A stretch of DNA of 64,000 nt from an uncultured Pirellulaceae bacterium (GTDB lineage Bacteria; Planctomycetota; Planctomycetia; Pirellulales; Pirellulaceae), in NCBI GenBank assembly GCA_964584615.1, contig CAZPBE010000030.1, positions 3,594-67,593 of the forward strand. Reading direction: 5' to 3'. The position numbers and the translations under genes are program-made. The notes under the pieces were generated by a model. That model made no database searches, was not told the DNA's origin, and saw only the letters and a program-made list of their open reading frames with translations. This document shows positions 1-9,737 of the stretch, in pieces (position 1 is the stretch's first letter; every line of letters begins with the position of its first letter).

Positions 1-281
1 ATTGGGACCATCGAAAACTCAATACTCGTACCCGGCAACGTCGCCGTGTAAGGAACCATGAATCGACCATCACCAAGATCGACGAATTGTCCGTCAGTCG
101 GTTTGTCGGTCGAGATTCCAAGCAATTCCTGTGCAGTAGCGGATTCCGATTCGACCGGTTTTTGTTCGACTGCTTCTTGAGCGAATAACAGAACGGGCGA
201 ATTGACTAAGCCAAGCAACAAGCACGCGAGGAGGCCGGCGAACAATTGTCTCGAAAGGGATTGAATGCGAAAAAGTTGCAT
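1..281 (-). CDS. Partial CDS (N-terminal ~93 codons; gene continues past the window start): secreted protein, function unassigned
   Basis: My own reverse-strand translation from the ATG at 279-281 gives MQLFRIQSLSRQLFAGLLACLLLGLVNSPVLLFAQEAVEQKP... This is a Sec-type signal peptide followed by an open frame to position 1. It is absent from the ORF track because no stop is reached. Confidence 0.45.
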   Translation of the reverse strand, partial: MQLFRIQSLSRQLFAGLLACLLLGLVNSPVLLFAQEAVEQKPVESESATAQELLGISTDKPTDGQFVDLGDGRFMVPYTATLPGTSIEFSMVP

Positions 282-464
282 GGATGTATCGTTAGGTCAG
301 GTTATTTGAAAAAATGCGAGCCTTGAACTGTGCGAAATTCTCGGCAACTGTTATCAAGATATTTTAGCACGCGGTGGCATAAAAGAGTTCTTCATTTTCG
401 CAATCACAATCGAAGTCTTGCCCACGTCGCCTTCTTGAAAATCAGCCCGATCGACGTGAAGCTC

Positions 465-1478
465 TCAATCCTGAACCGTCAATTCTCCAACCAGATTTTG
501 TTCGAGCTCGTTTCGAATTTCATCCGTCGATTTGTTCTGACTGAACAGGTGCAACAGTTTTGCCCACGCTGCCTCGGTGGTCATGTCATGACCTGAGATC
601 ACTCCCGCTTTAGAGAAAGCATTTCCAGCTGCGTACCGTGTTTGCGTCACCCCACCGTGAAGACATTGAGTGCAATTAACAATGATGATCCCGTCATCGA
701 CGGCCGCTTGTATGGTCTTCAAAAAACTTGAGGTGCCCGTTGGTCCATTTCCCTGTCCGTAAGTTTCGAGGATGAGCGCCTTAAGCGGGCGTTGCAAAAC
801 GTTCTTCAACACGTCCGTTGAAATTCCGGGGAACAACCTAAACGTGGCGACTTCGTGACTATCGATTGGACTGACCGAAAGTTTTGAACTGGGAACCGGT
901 CGGAGGCGGTCGCTATGAATTTTGATATCCGTGCCGATTTCTGCCAGCGGCGGAAAGTTCGGGCTTTGAAAAGCATCAAATTGAGTTGTGCTGACTTTTG
1001 TGCTCCGGCATCCGCGAAGAAGTTGTTCGTCAAACAACAAACAGACTTCCGGGATGGCGTAGTCAGCGGCGATCATCATGGCTGTCTTCAAATTTTCTCG
1101 CGCATCGTTTCGGGCTTGGCCCAACGGCAATTGGGCTCCAGTCAGAACAACAGGTTTGCCGAGGTTCTGCAGCATGAACGCAAGTGCCGAGGCCGTGTAA
1201 GCCATCGTGTCGGTTCCGTGCAAAACAACAAATCCATCGAACGATTCGTAATGTTGTTGAATGTCGTTGGCGATTTTCAGCCAATACGCCGGTGTCATGT
1301 CCGACGAGTCGATTAGCGGATCGTACTCGTTGAGTTCGAACCGAGGCATGTGTTGCTGTTCGAGCTCTTCCATGTGGCTCAATTGCTCAGCCATGTAGCC
1401 GGGTTGCGTTCGATACCCATCAGCCGTTTTAGCCATTGAGATGGTGCCGCCCGTATTGATGATGTAAGTCTTTTTCAT
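465..1478 (-). CDS. ansA: L-asparaginase, type I (cytoplasmic)
   Basis: 337-aa ORF with an ATG start. It has the catalytic-Thr motif IINTGGTISM at the N-terminus, the HGTDTM motif and LTGAQLP. Length and layout are typical of type I asparaginase. Confidence 0.9.
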   Translation of the reverse strand: MKKTYIINTGGTISMAKTADGYRTQPGYMAEQLSHMEELEQQHMPRFELNEYDPLIDSSDMTPAYWLKIANDIQQHYESFDGFVVLHGTDTMAYTASALAFMLQNLGKPVVLTGAQLPLGQARNDARENLKTAMMIAADYAIPEVCLLFDEQLLRGCRSTKVSTTQFDAFQSPNFPPLAEIGTDIKIHSDRLRPVPSSKLSVSPIDSHEVATFRLFPGISTDVLKNVLQRPLKALILETYGQGNGPTGTSSFLKTIQAAVDDGIIIVNCTQCLHGGVTQTRYAAGNAFSKAGVISGHDMTTEAAWAKLLHLFSQNKSTDEIRNELEQNLVGELTVQD

Positions 1479-1839
1479 GAATTAGCAGGATGTCGCCAAC
1501 GTCGTTCTCAACCAGGCGGTTGAACGAACTGGGCAAAGGACGCATTTTGACAAATTAGATGATTGAGAAAAAACAAGTTCGAGTTGGCGATGCTGGGCAA
1601 TTAGATCATGAGCCAAGCGAGACATGAAGAGTGCTATCGATTTTCCGTTGGCGATGCCCTAAGGTTAATTAAAGCAAATATTGAAGAGCACATGTTTGAG
1701 AGCACAATTGGTCTTGGGGATCAATTTGGCAATTCTCTATAATTCTTGATTAGAGATTGGAGCCAGTCTCAGACAGCTGTTATTCAGTTGCTCACGGTTT
1801 CCAATCTATCCACGCTCAATAAAAAACACAGGTTGAACA

Positions 1840-2175
1840 ATGGCCCAAGAAGAAAAAAAAGCTCCGCGTCCGATGGAATGCGATGAGACAAATGTTGTCA
1901 GCAGCTACGCGAATGTTTGTCGCGTCACTGGATCACCGGAAGAGTTGATCGTTGATTTTGGATTAAATTCTCAGCCAATGAAAGCGAATGACAAGCCAAT
2001 TGAAATCAATCAACGAATTATATTGAACTTCTACACCGCCAAGCGGCTACTTCATGCGTTGCATGTGTCGGTTCGGCGTCACGAGGACGTCTTTGGGGCG
2101 ATCGAGACGGACATCTCCAAGAGAATGAAGAACCCCCAAGACGCGAAATCAGAAGAAGTCGCAAGCACTTCTTAA
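1840..2175 (+). CDS. DUF3467-family small protein
   Basis: 111-aa ORF. The segment YANVCRVTGSPEELIVDFG followed by a conserved helix matches the DUF3467 pattern as I remember it. Confidence 0.65.
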   Translation: MAQEEKKAPRPMECDETNVVSSYANVCRVTGSPEELIVDFGLNSQPMKANDKPIEINQRIILNFYTAKRLLHALHVSVRRHEDVFGAIETDISKRMKNPQDAKSEEVASTS

Positions 2176-2235
2176 TTGGATCGGTTCGCACAGAATCCAA
2201 TAAACTCTGTGTAACAATCTGAAACCAAAGGTGCT

Positions 2236-4359
2236 TTGACAGACCACGAGCAAATGGAGTTGCTTTCGATGGACAGGCCGCAACGTGGTGTGAATCGGCG
2301 CGATTCGAGTCAACTCGAAAGTGCCCATGATGACTCGCGTCCGTCGGATGAAGTTGCACAGTGTAAAAACTTGCTTGGCTCAAAATCGCTTGATCGATTC
2401 CCGGTACTTGGCCACGCATTGCTGATCGTCGTTGTTTCATCGGCGATCTTTTTTTGTGGACTGGGCGACGCGCCGCTTTGGGATCGTGATGAGCCGCGCA
2501 ACGCTGGTTGTGCCGCCGAGATGATGGCCAGAGGAGATTGGGTTGTACCGATCTTCAACGACGAACTGCGACCACAAAAGCCGGTTCTCATTTATTGGCT
2601 GATCATGTCGGCTTACAGTCTGTTCGGCGTCAGTGAATTTTCGGCCCGGTTTTGGTCTGCAGCGCTTGGGGTTGGGACGGCTTTGGTCACCTTTGGGATC
2701 GGCCGCCGGTTGTTCGACGTGGCAACAGGGTTTCTGGCGGCGTTGATTCTTGCATCCAGTGTGATGTTCTGTGTGGCGGCACGCGCGGCAACGCCTGATT
2801 CGGTATTGATCTTTTGCGTTACGGCGGCGATCTACTTTTACGTTCGTGGAATTGAGTCGGATTTGAAAGTACGGTCACTGGGTAAATCGCTGGCCGAACA
2901 GCATCCACAACTCAGTTGGTTTCCAGATTATTGGTCTTCAAGCTTTCTGGGTTTGTACTTGATGTTGGGGCTGGCTATGTTGGCGAAGGGGCCAGTTGGT
3001 TTCGTGTTGCCGATGGCGATGATCGGAATGTTCATGCTTCTGCAGCGGCTTGCTGAATCCAACCCTGCTTCCGCCACTGACGCAATTGAAAACGCCAAGG
3101 TTAAAAGTGCCAGTCGACTATCAATTTCGAGTCTGTTCAATCAAGCACTCGTTTGTCTGCGTCCATTCGCTCCGGTGCATTTCTTGAAGACTTTGTGGGC
3201 GATGCGTCCGGTCACGGGAACCGCCATTGCTTTGTTGGTAGCAGCTCCGTGGTTTGTCTGGGTTGGTACGCGGACAGATGGTGATTTTTTGAGCCAGTTT
3301 CTTCTGAATGAGAATTTCGGTCGCGCGACAACGGTGATGGAAAATCATCGTGGAGGGATCTGGTTTTACCCGATGGCGATTTTGGTTGGCTTTTTCCCTT
3401 GGTCCGTTTTCTGGGGACCTGTTGCGATTGGGTTGATCTACCGCAGTCGAAGATTTAGCGGTTCAATTCAAGGGATCAGGCCGGGTGAAGTTTTATTGTT
3501 GAGCTGGATTGCTATCCAAGTTATCGCGTTCTCGCTGGTCCAAACCAAACTTCCCAGCTACGTCACGCCATGCTACCCGGCGTTAGCGATGCTAACGGCT
3601 CATGCTCTGATGGGGTTGAAACGATCTCCCGTCCCGATTTTGATTTGGAGAATCGCGTCGTATTGTCTTGCCGCAACAGGGCTGGCGATCTCGGTTGGGT
3701 TCTTGATCGCATCACATTACTATTTTCCACAACACGGTTGGTTGGCCGCGCTGGGGCTGATTCCTCTGTTGGTCGGGATTTTTGGCGCCGTGCAACTATC
3801 CAGTCATTCGATGAAATCGAGTTTGCTTAACACGCGCCGAATTGTCCTGGTGTATTTAACAGGTGCTGTGCTTTTTTGTGTTGGCTTGTTTGGGTTGGGC
3901 CCCAGCGCGGTCGGGACGTATCAACAGAATGAGCAGATTCTCAGTGTGATTCGTGAATTGCCAGAAAATTATCAGGTCGCCAGCTATGGCACGCTGGAGT
4001 CGAGTTGGGTTTTCTACGGGAACAAGCCCGTGTTCGAATTGTCCGAAGAAGATTCAACGGCGAAGCAATCAAAGTCGCGGGATGATGAATTCTTTCAGAG
4101 AACGAAAGCGTGGAAAACGAAAGCTATGCTGGAGCCTGAACAATTTCTCGAAGCATTTGACCAAGTCGTGTTCATCACAACCGGGGATCGGTTGGAAGCA
4201 TTAAAAAATCGGCTGCCAGATGATTTTGAAGTCATCCAGACAGCCGAATACTTTTTCAAGAACGAAAACCTGGTTCTCGTTGGTCGAATCAATTCCGGTC
4301 TAGCGAATTTGCCTAATGCGATGGAGCGTGCGAGCGACAAATCCATCATTCGTCATTGA
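2236..4359 (+). CDS. Glycosyltransferase family 39 (ArnT/PMT-like) integral membrane protein with a soluble C-terminal domain
   Basis: 707-aa ORF with many TM helices. The N-terminal loop motif LWDRDEPRNAGCAAEMM...RPQKPVLIYWL is typical of ArnT/PMT_2 enzymes. The track start is TTG 2236, preceded by AAGG; in-frame ATGs at 2254 and 2269 are alternatives. Confidence 0.8.
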   Translation: MTDHEQMELLSMDRPQRGVNRRDSSQLESAHDDSRPSDEVAQCKNLLGSKSLDRFPVLGHALLIVVVSSAIFFCGLGDAPLWDRDEPRNAGCAAEMMARGDWVVPIFNDELRPQKPVLIYWLIMSAYSLFGVSEFSARFWSAALGVGTALVTFGIGRRLFDVATGFLAALILASSVMFCVAARAATPDSVLIFCVTAAIYFYVRGIESDLKVRSLGKSLAEQHPQLSWFPDYWSSSFLGLYLMLGLAMLAKGPVGFVLPMAMIGMFMLLQRLAESNPASATDAIENAKVKSASRLSISSLFNQALVCLRPFAPVHFLKTLWAMRPVTGTAIALLVAAPWFVWVGTRTDGDFLSQFLLNENFGRATTVMENHRGGIWFYPMAILVGFFPWSVFWGPVAIGLIYRSRRFSGSIQGIRPGEVLLLSWIAIQVIAFSLVQTKLPSYVTPCYPALAMLTAHALMGLKRSPVPILIWRIASYCLAATGLAISVGFLIASHYYFPQHGWLAALGLIPLLVGIFGAVQLSSHSMKSSLLNTRRIVLVYLTGAVLFCVGLFGLGPSAVGTYQQNEQILSVIRELPENYQVASYGTLESSWVFYGNKPVFELSEEDSTAKQSKSRDDEFFQRTKAWKTKAMLEPEQFLEAFDQVVFITTGDRLEALKNRLPDDFEVIQTAEYFFKNENLVLVGRINSGLANLPNAMERASDKSIIRH

Positions 4360-4408
4360 ATTTCGACAAAGCCATTCGCGCAATGCCGAGTGTTTACGGT
4401 CTTGGAAA

Positions 4409-5209
4409 TTACGGCTCGTTCGACAACGCAGCGGGCGCATAGGAGACTCCGGTGTTCAATTTCCAGCGAGTGCCAAAGTCTGTGTTGCTCTGCTGGAATT
4501 TGGCCCCTGAAGATTTGGTCAACGATTGAATCGCTTTTGGTTCAACGTCGGCCTGTCCCCAGTCGGTCTGAAGTTGAATCGCAGGGATCGTCGGCGTGCC
4601 TGTGACCGTGTCTCCATTGGAAAGCACAACCACTGCTTTGTCGTCTGCCGTGGTATGGAATTTAATACCAGCGACCTGTTCCATTGGGATGGTGATTTCG
4701 CCAAACGCACAAGTCATTTTGAAGTTGTCGAACCCATCCATTTTTCCAGCAATCGATTTTGTGTCGCTGAGGCGAATGAAAATCAAGTCATCATCCATTT
4801 GCATGGTTGGATTGATCGCCGGGCTCATGGCCGGTGAGTCGTACTTCAGCAAGACGCTTGAGAATAACGAATTCGAAATTGAGACACGTACGGGCTGGCC
4901 TTTGATTTTCGACAACAGGTCTTCGTCAATCACAATCACTGCCGCATCGTTTTCGTTGCCGATTGCGAGATCAAGTTCAACAGGTTCGTTGTCTTTAGTT
5001 TCGTCATAGCGAAGCTCGATGATGCCGATCTTGTTTCGACTATCTGGGTCAATTGCTGAGACAAGACTGCCCGCCGATCGCAGGCTGTCGATGTATGAAT
5101 TATTCAGCGTCAACGAAAATCGATCGGACTGACCAAACGTTGCGGTTGAAGTCATGACGGTTAATGCTGCAATCATGACAGCAAATAGTACTCTCTTGTA
5201 AGGGTTCAT
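4409..5209 (-). CDS. Secreted protein, paralog 1 of a local three-member family (two-module form)
   Basis: 266 aa with signal peptide MNPYKRVLFAVMIAALTVMTSTATFGQ and GGAG upstream. Its C-terminal module FGEITIPMEQVAGIKF...LSNGDTVTG...LQTDWG is shared with ORFs 5500-6399 and 6536-7003. Confidence 0.75.
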   Translation of the reverse strand: MNPYKRVLFAVMIAALTVMTSTATFGQSDRFSLTLNNSYIDSLRSAGSLVSAIDPDSRNKIGIIELRYDETKDNEPVELDLAIGNENDAAVIVIDEDLLSKIKGQPVRVSISNSLFSSVLLKYDSPAMSPAINPTMQMDDDLIFIRLSDTKSIAGKMDGFDNFKMTCAFGEITIPMEQVAGIKFHTTADDKAVVVLSNGDTVTGTPTIPAIQLQTDWGQADVEPKAIQSLTKSSGAKFQQSNTDFGTRWKLNTGVSYAPAALSNEP

Positions 5210-5297
5210 TTTCTAATGCTCCATCGGAAAGGTTAGCGTTTTAAGATTTGGGGATGCTAGAGGACATTTCAAAACCTAAAATCGTGCGATCATCGTA

Positions 5298-5358
5298 GTG
5301 GGATTCGCCAGAATTCCCTTTGTTTTGAAAGCGAGCTGGGACTTCTGGCGAAGTCCAC
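5298..5358. repeat. Imperfect 16-bp inverted repeat (long hairpin) between paralogs 1 and 2
   Basis: GTGGGATTCGCCAGAA (5298-5313) pairs with TTCTGGCGAAGTCCAC (5343-5358). 14 of 16 positions are complementary, with a 29-nt loop. Confidence 0.5.
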
Positions 5359-5499
5359 TACAGGTTTTGAAATACCCTCTAATGAAATTGTGGTTGCAAG
5401 TTGTTCGGTTGTGTTGCCGTAGCAATCATGTTCTTTTTGTCTGGATAATCGCAATCATTATTTGCTCTCGCCAGAAATCTGAATTCTTTCTTTGTATTT

Positions 5500-6399
5500 T
5501 TAATTTCCGTAATTGAGTGCGGGTCTCGTAGTCATGGGCGCGCCCGGTATTCCATTTGTCGGAAACTGATTCGTGAAGCGACGTGACCGCGTCTGCAGCG
5601 GCTGTTCGGGTTTAATGGATCGAATGTCGATCAGGTCAAGGACTTCGGTGCCCCAACGACTCAACAGTTCAATCTCCTTGAATTCACTTTCGCCAGAAAT
5701 GTTGTCACCGTTTCGCATTGCAAACGAAAACTTTTGATCTTCTTTGTTAAACGTGATAAGGGACACATCTTTGATGTCGATGTCCAATTCACCCATCACC
5801 GAGTCGATGTGAATTTTCTTCATGCCTCGAATCCTACCGCTGATCCCTTTGCCATTTTTGAGCAAGACTTTGACCACCGGGCTGTCGTTTTCAGCGTCTC
5901 CGGCCAAAGAGGTTTTCGCGTCGCGAGTCACTTTTCCACCTGCGTAGCGCAAGATGATTGTGTCAAATTCAGATTCGTAAATTCTGAGTTCGACAGCTTG
6001 ATAGTCAAGTTGATCAAGCAGTGTTTCGGTGATGTCCATGCTGACTGAGCGAAAGTCTCGCGTGATGTCCAGGAATTCAGTTGCGTTTTCTTCTTTAAAG
6101 TAAAACGGTCGCTTCAACACGATCGCGTCGACACGATTTACATACTGAGGTGGAAGCGAAATGTTTAACGCTCCGGTACGTCGTAGTGAATCCAATTTCT
6201 GATCGTCGATCACCACGTTGGCGGAAAACCATTGGTCTTCTTCGACGGAGTCCTGTGTTTTCGCGAAACCGTTTTCAACCGGCAACCATGCGCTACAGCA
6301 AGCGATGATGGCGATCAGCAAATATTGCGAACGAAGGATCGCGAAAGCAGTCAACATCGCAGACGGCAAGCGATTTTCGTGCTGGAGACGGTTTACCAT
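5500..6399 (-). CDS. Secreted protein, paralog 2 of the local family (two-module form)
   Basis: 299 aa with a hydrophobic N-terminus (LLIAIIACCSAWL). The N-module (KLDSLRRTGAL ... IILRYAG) and C-module (MGELDIDIKDVSLITF...MRNGDNISG...LLSRWG) both align to paralog 1. Confidence 0.7.
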   Translation of the reverse strand: MVNRLQHENRLPSAMLTAFAILRSQYLLIAIIACCSAWLPVENGFAKTQDSVEEDQWFSANVVIDDQKLDSLRRTGALNISLPPQYVNRVDAIVLKRPFYFKEENATEFLDITRDFRSVSMDITETLLDQLDYQAVELRIYESEFDTIILRYAGGKVTRDAKTSLAGDAENDSPVVKVLLKNGKGISGRIRGMKKIHIDSVMGELDIDIKDVSLITFNKEDQKFSFAMRNGDNISGESEFKEIELLSRWGTEVLDLIDIRSIKPEQPLQTRSRRFTNQFPTNGIPGAPMTTRPALNYGN

Positions 6400-6535
6400 T
6401 TTGGTTTTCTTGTTAATCGTGATTTCAACTCAAGATTTGCAGCAATACTCAAAAAGCCAACCACTCGCTGTGGTTGGCAATTGAGTCCGATTCATCATTG
6501 AATATCCGAGAAACGGGTGTTTCCCGCTCAAATTC

Positions 6536-7003
6536 TTAACGTCCGTTTGCTGTACCTGCCGTCGGTGACTTGGAGAATCGCCATGATTGACGACCACCGG
6601 TTGTGTCAGAGAAAAACTTGGCAGTGCTCGAAGTCATAACCGTTTCGATTTTCTCTGTGAGAATGTGAGCCGTGCCCCATTCGGTCTTCAACTGCAGTTT
6701 TTCTAGCAAGATCTTGCCCGTGACAAGGTCGCCGTTCTTGAAAGCAATAACAGCTGAATCATCAGCATCGGCGTGCATCTTGATCCCGTCGATCTTTTCC
6801 AACGGAATTGAAACTTCGCCAAAGCTAGTTTGGATTTTCATGTCGGTAAGTGCAACGATGTCTCCAGAGAGCTCGCGGTTCTTGGAAACTTTTACGAAGA
6901 CGGCTGAGTTGTTTGGACCAGCAAGTTCCTGGGCGGTGGTGGCGCCAGAAAACAAAAAGGCGGTCATGGCAACAGCCACGATGAATGAGCGAATTGAAAT
7001 CAT
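6536..7003 (-). CDS. Secreted protein, paralog 3 of the local family (C-terminal module only)
   Basis: 155 aa with signal peptide MISIRSFIVAVAMTAFLFSGATTAQE. The module FGEVSIPLEKIDGIKMH...FKNGDLVTG...LKTEWG closely matches paralog 1. Confidence 0.75.
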   Translation of the reverse strand: MISIRSFIVAVAMTAFLFSGATTAQELAGPNNSAVFVKVSKNRELSGDIVALTDMKIQTSFGEVSIPLEKIDGIKMHADADDSAVIAFKNGDLVTGKILLEKLQLKTEWGTAHILTEKIETVMTSSTAKFFSDTTGGRQSWRFSKSPTAGTANGR

Positions 7004-7466
7004 TGGATTGATTCTCCAGCAACACGTGATGGCGTGTTCAAATAATTGGAAGTTTGTTCATCCGGCGAACGTTCGTCCGAATTACGAGGTTTCCACTATA
7101 GTTCGGGGGGCAAACCTGGCAATAAAAATAGCCTAAAAAGCGCGTTTGCTAAAGGATCTGTCGTAACAAATCGCTTGATCGTAAATATCGGAAGACTGGG
7201 TCAAATGTAACGCCCCAATTGAAGGGGGATTCGGCAAACTGGGTGTGATGAGCAGTACGGGGTGAGGCGTCAGGTAGGCCCGGCAAATTTCCGGAGCTGC
7301 CAATCGAGACGAAATGGAAGCCCGTCAAATTATTTGGACCATTGAATTGCACCGTCGCCCGATCGCAATCATCAGTTGTCGTCTCAGAAAACCGCGATGA
7401 CCAAGCGACCCATCAATCGAATTCGCAATCCACGATCGGCTTTCAAAATTTGATTACCATCCTGCA

Positions 7467-8423
7467 ATGTTTTATCGTTGTACCCTTATGCGAACCAACC
7501 CACTTGTAAATCTGATCATGAAACTCGCAACCAAATTGACGTTGATGCTTGCCTGCTTCATGACGGTTTTCTTTGTTCCTCAAATGCTGGGACAAGACGC
7601 TTCAAGTCCATCACTTCTTCGAGTCATGAGTTTCAACATTCGGCTGGGAGTTGCCAAAGACGGCGACAATCATTGGGACAAACGTCGTGAATTGGTTGCT
7701 ACAACCATTAAGAACTTTTCGCCAGACATATTGGGCACTCAAGAGACTTGGGATTTCCAAGCCGGCTATCTCGCGGAGAAGCTTGAAGGTTACCAATATT
7801 TCGGCCGATCGCGCCAGCTCGATGGGAGCGAAGGTGAGCAATGTGGAGTCTTCTATCGCGAAGAACGATTCGAGAAGATTGCCGCAGGCCATTTCTGGCT
7901 TAGCGAAACTCCCAACCGTCCCGGCTCGAAAAGCTGGGATTCTTCGTTACCTCGAATGGCGACATGGTTGCGACTATGGGATCGAACTGCAGAAGAAAGT
8001 CTGTTAGTTATCAACACCCATTTTGACCATCGAGGCAAACAAGCTCGACTTGAATCTGCCAAAGTGATTCGCAACTTCATCGAGCAACAGGGTGCTGACG
8101 AAAGTTGCTCCAACATCGTCGTTACAGGTGACTTCAACGCCAGCGAAAACTCACCGCCGTATCAAGCTTTGTTTGGATCCAGTGAGGACGAGACTGACAA
8201 CAATCACAACGTCATCGACAGCCTTCGAGCATTCACTCCTTCTCCAACCGAAGACGAAGGAACGTTCAACGGATTCTCCGGCAAGTCCAGCGGCGGACGA
8301 ATCGATTGGATCGGCGCGTCGAGTAGTTTGCAAGTCAACTCCGCAACAATCGATCGAACCAACGAAGAGGGGCGCTACCCTTCAGATCACTTTCCGGTAA
8401 CTGCAATTCTGGAATACAAGTAA
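7467..8423 (+). CDS. Endonuclease/exonuclease/phosphatase (EEP) family protein, secreted
   Basis: Has LRVMSFNIRLG near the N-terminus, GTQE, and a C-terminal SDHFPV motif. The likely true start is ATG 7518 (MKLATKLTLMLACFMTVFFVPQMLGQ signal peptide). Confidence 0.85.
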   Translation: MFYRCTLMRTNPLVNLIMKLATKLTLMLACFMTVFFVPQMLGQDASSPSLLRVMSFNIRLGVAKDGDNHWDKRRELVATTIKNFSPDILGTQETWDFQAGYLAEKLEGYQYFGRSRQLDGSEGEQCGVFYREERFEKIAAGHFWLSETPNRPGSKSWDSSLPRMATWLRLWDRTAEESLLVINTHFDHRGKQARLESAKVIRNFIEQQGADESCSNIVVTGDFNASENSPPYQALFGSSEDETDNNHNVIDSLRAFTPSPTEDEGTFNGFSGKSSGGRIDWIGASSSLQVNSATIDRTNEEGRYPSDHFPVTAILEYK

Positions 8424-8455
8424 GCCTGGTGCAGTACACGTAAGCTTGGCGAAAA

Positions 8456-8932
8456 CTAGTGTCGAATGTCTTTCAACACTTCTGTCAAATCGACTCGCTT
8501 CGCATCAGCCCAGAGGACTTCGAGCGCATAGTTGATGCGGGTGTCTTCATCAAACAAGTGAATCACAACGGTCGCATAGTCGAGCACGATCCAGCGGCTG
8601 TCTGCATAGCCGTCGATATTCACTCGCTTGTCCTTGAGGTCATCTTCAAGCTTGTGATCGATCTCTTCGCTCATCGCGTGAAGTTGTCGGCGGCTGGTTC
8701 CAGTCGCGATTACAAAATAATCAAAGATGGCTGTGTGCGCTGACATGTCCATGACAACAACGTCGGTCCCGCCGTTCTCGGCAGCCGTTTTCGCTGCAGC
8801 CAATGCAAGTTCAAGGCTACGTTCAGGATTGACGCGAGAAGCCGCAGCGCCAGACGTAGTTGTTTCTGCGTCGGTCGCGTCAGGTTCAGGTTGCGAATCT
8901 TCAGACACGCATAGTTCCGGGGAGAAATTCAT
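8456..8932 (-). CDS. rsfS: Ribosome silencing factor RsfS (iojap family)
   Basis: The conserved core DVVVMDM...FDYFVIATGTSRRQLHAM...WIVLDYATVVIHLF is present. I place the start at the internal ATG 8930-8932 (MNFSPE...) rather than the ORF-track start at 9028. Confidence 0.85.
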   Translation of the reverse strand: MNFSPELCVSEDSQPEPDATDAETTTSGAAASRVNPERSLELALAAAKTAAENGGTDVVVMDMSAHTAIFDYFVIATGTSRRQLHAMSEEIDHKLEDDLKDKRVNIDGYADSRWIVLDYATVVIHLFDEDTRINYALEVLWADAKRVDLTEVLKDIRH

Positions 8933-9188
8933 GGCAATAGTCAAATGACGATAGAAATAGCGATAGGTCGAAACGGAATCGCCGACAACGATCGTGCGAC
9001 CCCATTGTATTGGTCTCAGACCATGCAACCAATGGGCAGGTTCACGAAGTCGCAGATTTTATGCGAGTGAATGCATGGTCAACATTTTTCCAGCACTGGC
9101 TACGCAAACCAGGCGATCAATACGAATCCGCCGCGTCAAGGTTTCGGGTGGCTGGAATTGGCCGTTACGTGATTTCAACCCGAGGTCG

Positions 9189-9737
9189 TTACGCGAGGAT
9201 TGAGGATTGGGGTTCATCATCGATCACGGGTGTCGTGGCAGCCCGAACCAGCTCAGGCTCCAATGGCCGGCGCATGCTGCACGGTTCGGACACCCAATGC
9301 CAGTGCGCGACGCTCGGATCTTGTAAATTCCAACACCAGTGGATTTTTTTGCCGTCCAACGAAGAAGGGAAATCGACGTAGCCATCGGCAATGGAATCAC
9401 AATTGTGATTGACGCCAAGGTCCGTCAATTCGGTAAGACACGCAGAAAGTCGCTCCGACAGCTCGCAGGTGGAGGCTTCGATAGAGCGAAGCTCGCCACT
9501 ATAAATGTCGTCGACGTCGGTGAGCTGGTGGCTGAGTCCAACGGCTTCCAGTCGTGCGCGCGTTTGGCTGACTTCTTGAGAAAGATTCATCGCATCTTTA
9601 ACGATCGATCGAAGCAGCGGCAGCATCTGATTGGCTTGCGCCAGATCAAACCAAGTCCGAGTATTTGCTTCTGCCGGCGGTTCAGACGTACCTTTGTCTT
9701 CGGCGCCATGGTCTGGCGCAGTTTTGTCTTCGGTCAT
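9189..9737 (-). CDS. DUF2203-family protein
   Basis: 182 aa. Contains ANQMLPLLRSIVKD..., a coiled segment, then GYVDFPS...KIHWCWNLQDPSVAHWH, which matches the DUF2203 layout as I remember it. Confidence 0.6.
   Translation of the reverse strand: MTEDKTAPDHGAEDKGTSEPPAEANTRTWFDLAQANQMLPLLRSIVKDAMNLSQEVSQTRARLEAVGLSHQLTDVDDIYSGELRSIEASTCELSERLSACLTELTDLGVNHNCDSIADGYVDFPSSLDGKKIHWCWNLQDPSVAHWHWVSEPCSMRRPLEPELVRAATTPVIDDEPQSSILA

Noticed and set aside
8933-9028. 32-codon N-terminal extension of rsfS in the ORF track
   Set aside because: The extension does not look conserved, and the internal ATG at 8932 yields a protein of normal RsfS size plus an acidic leader.
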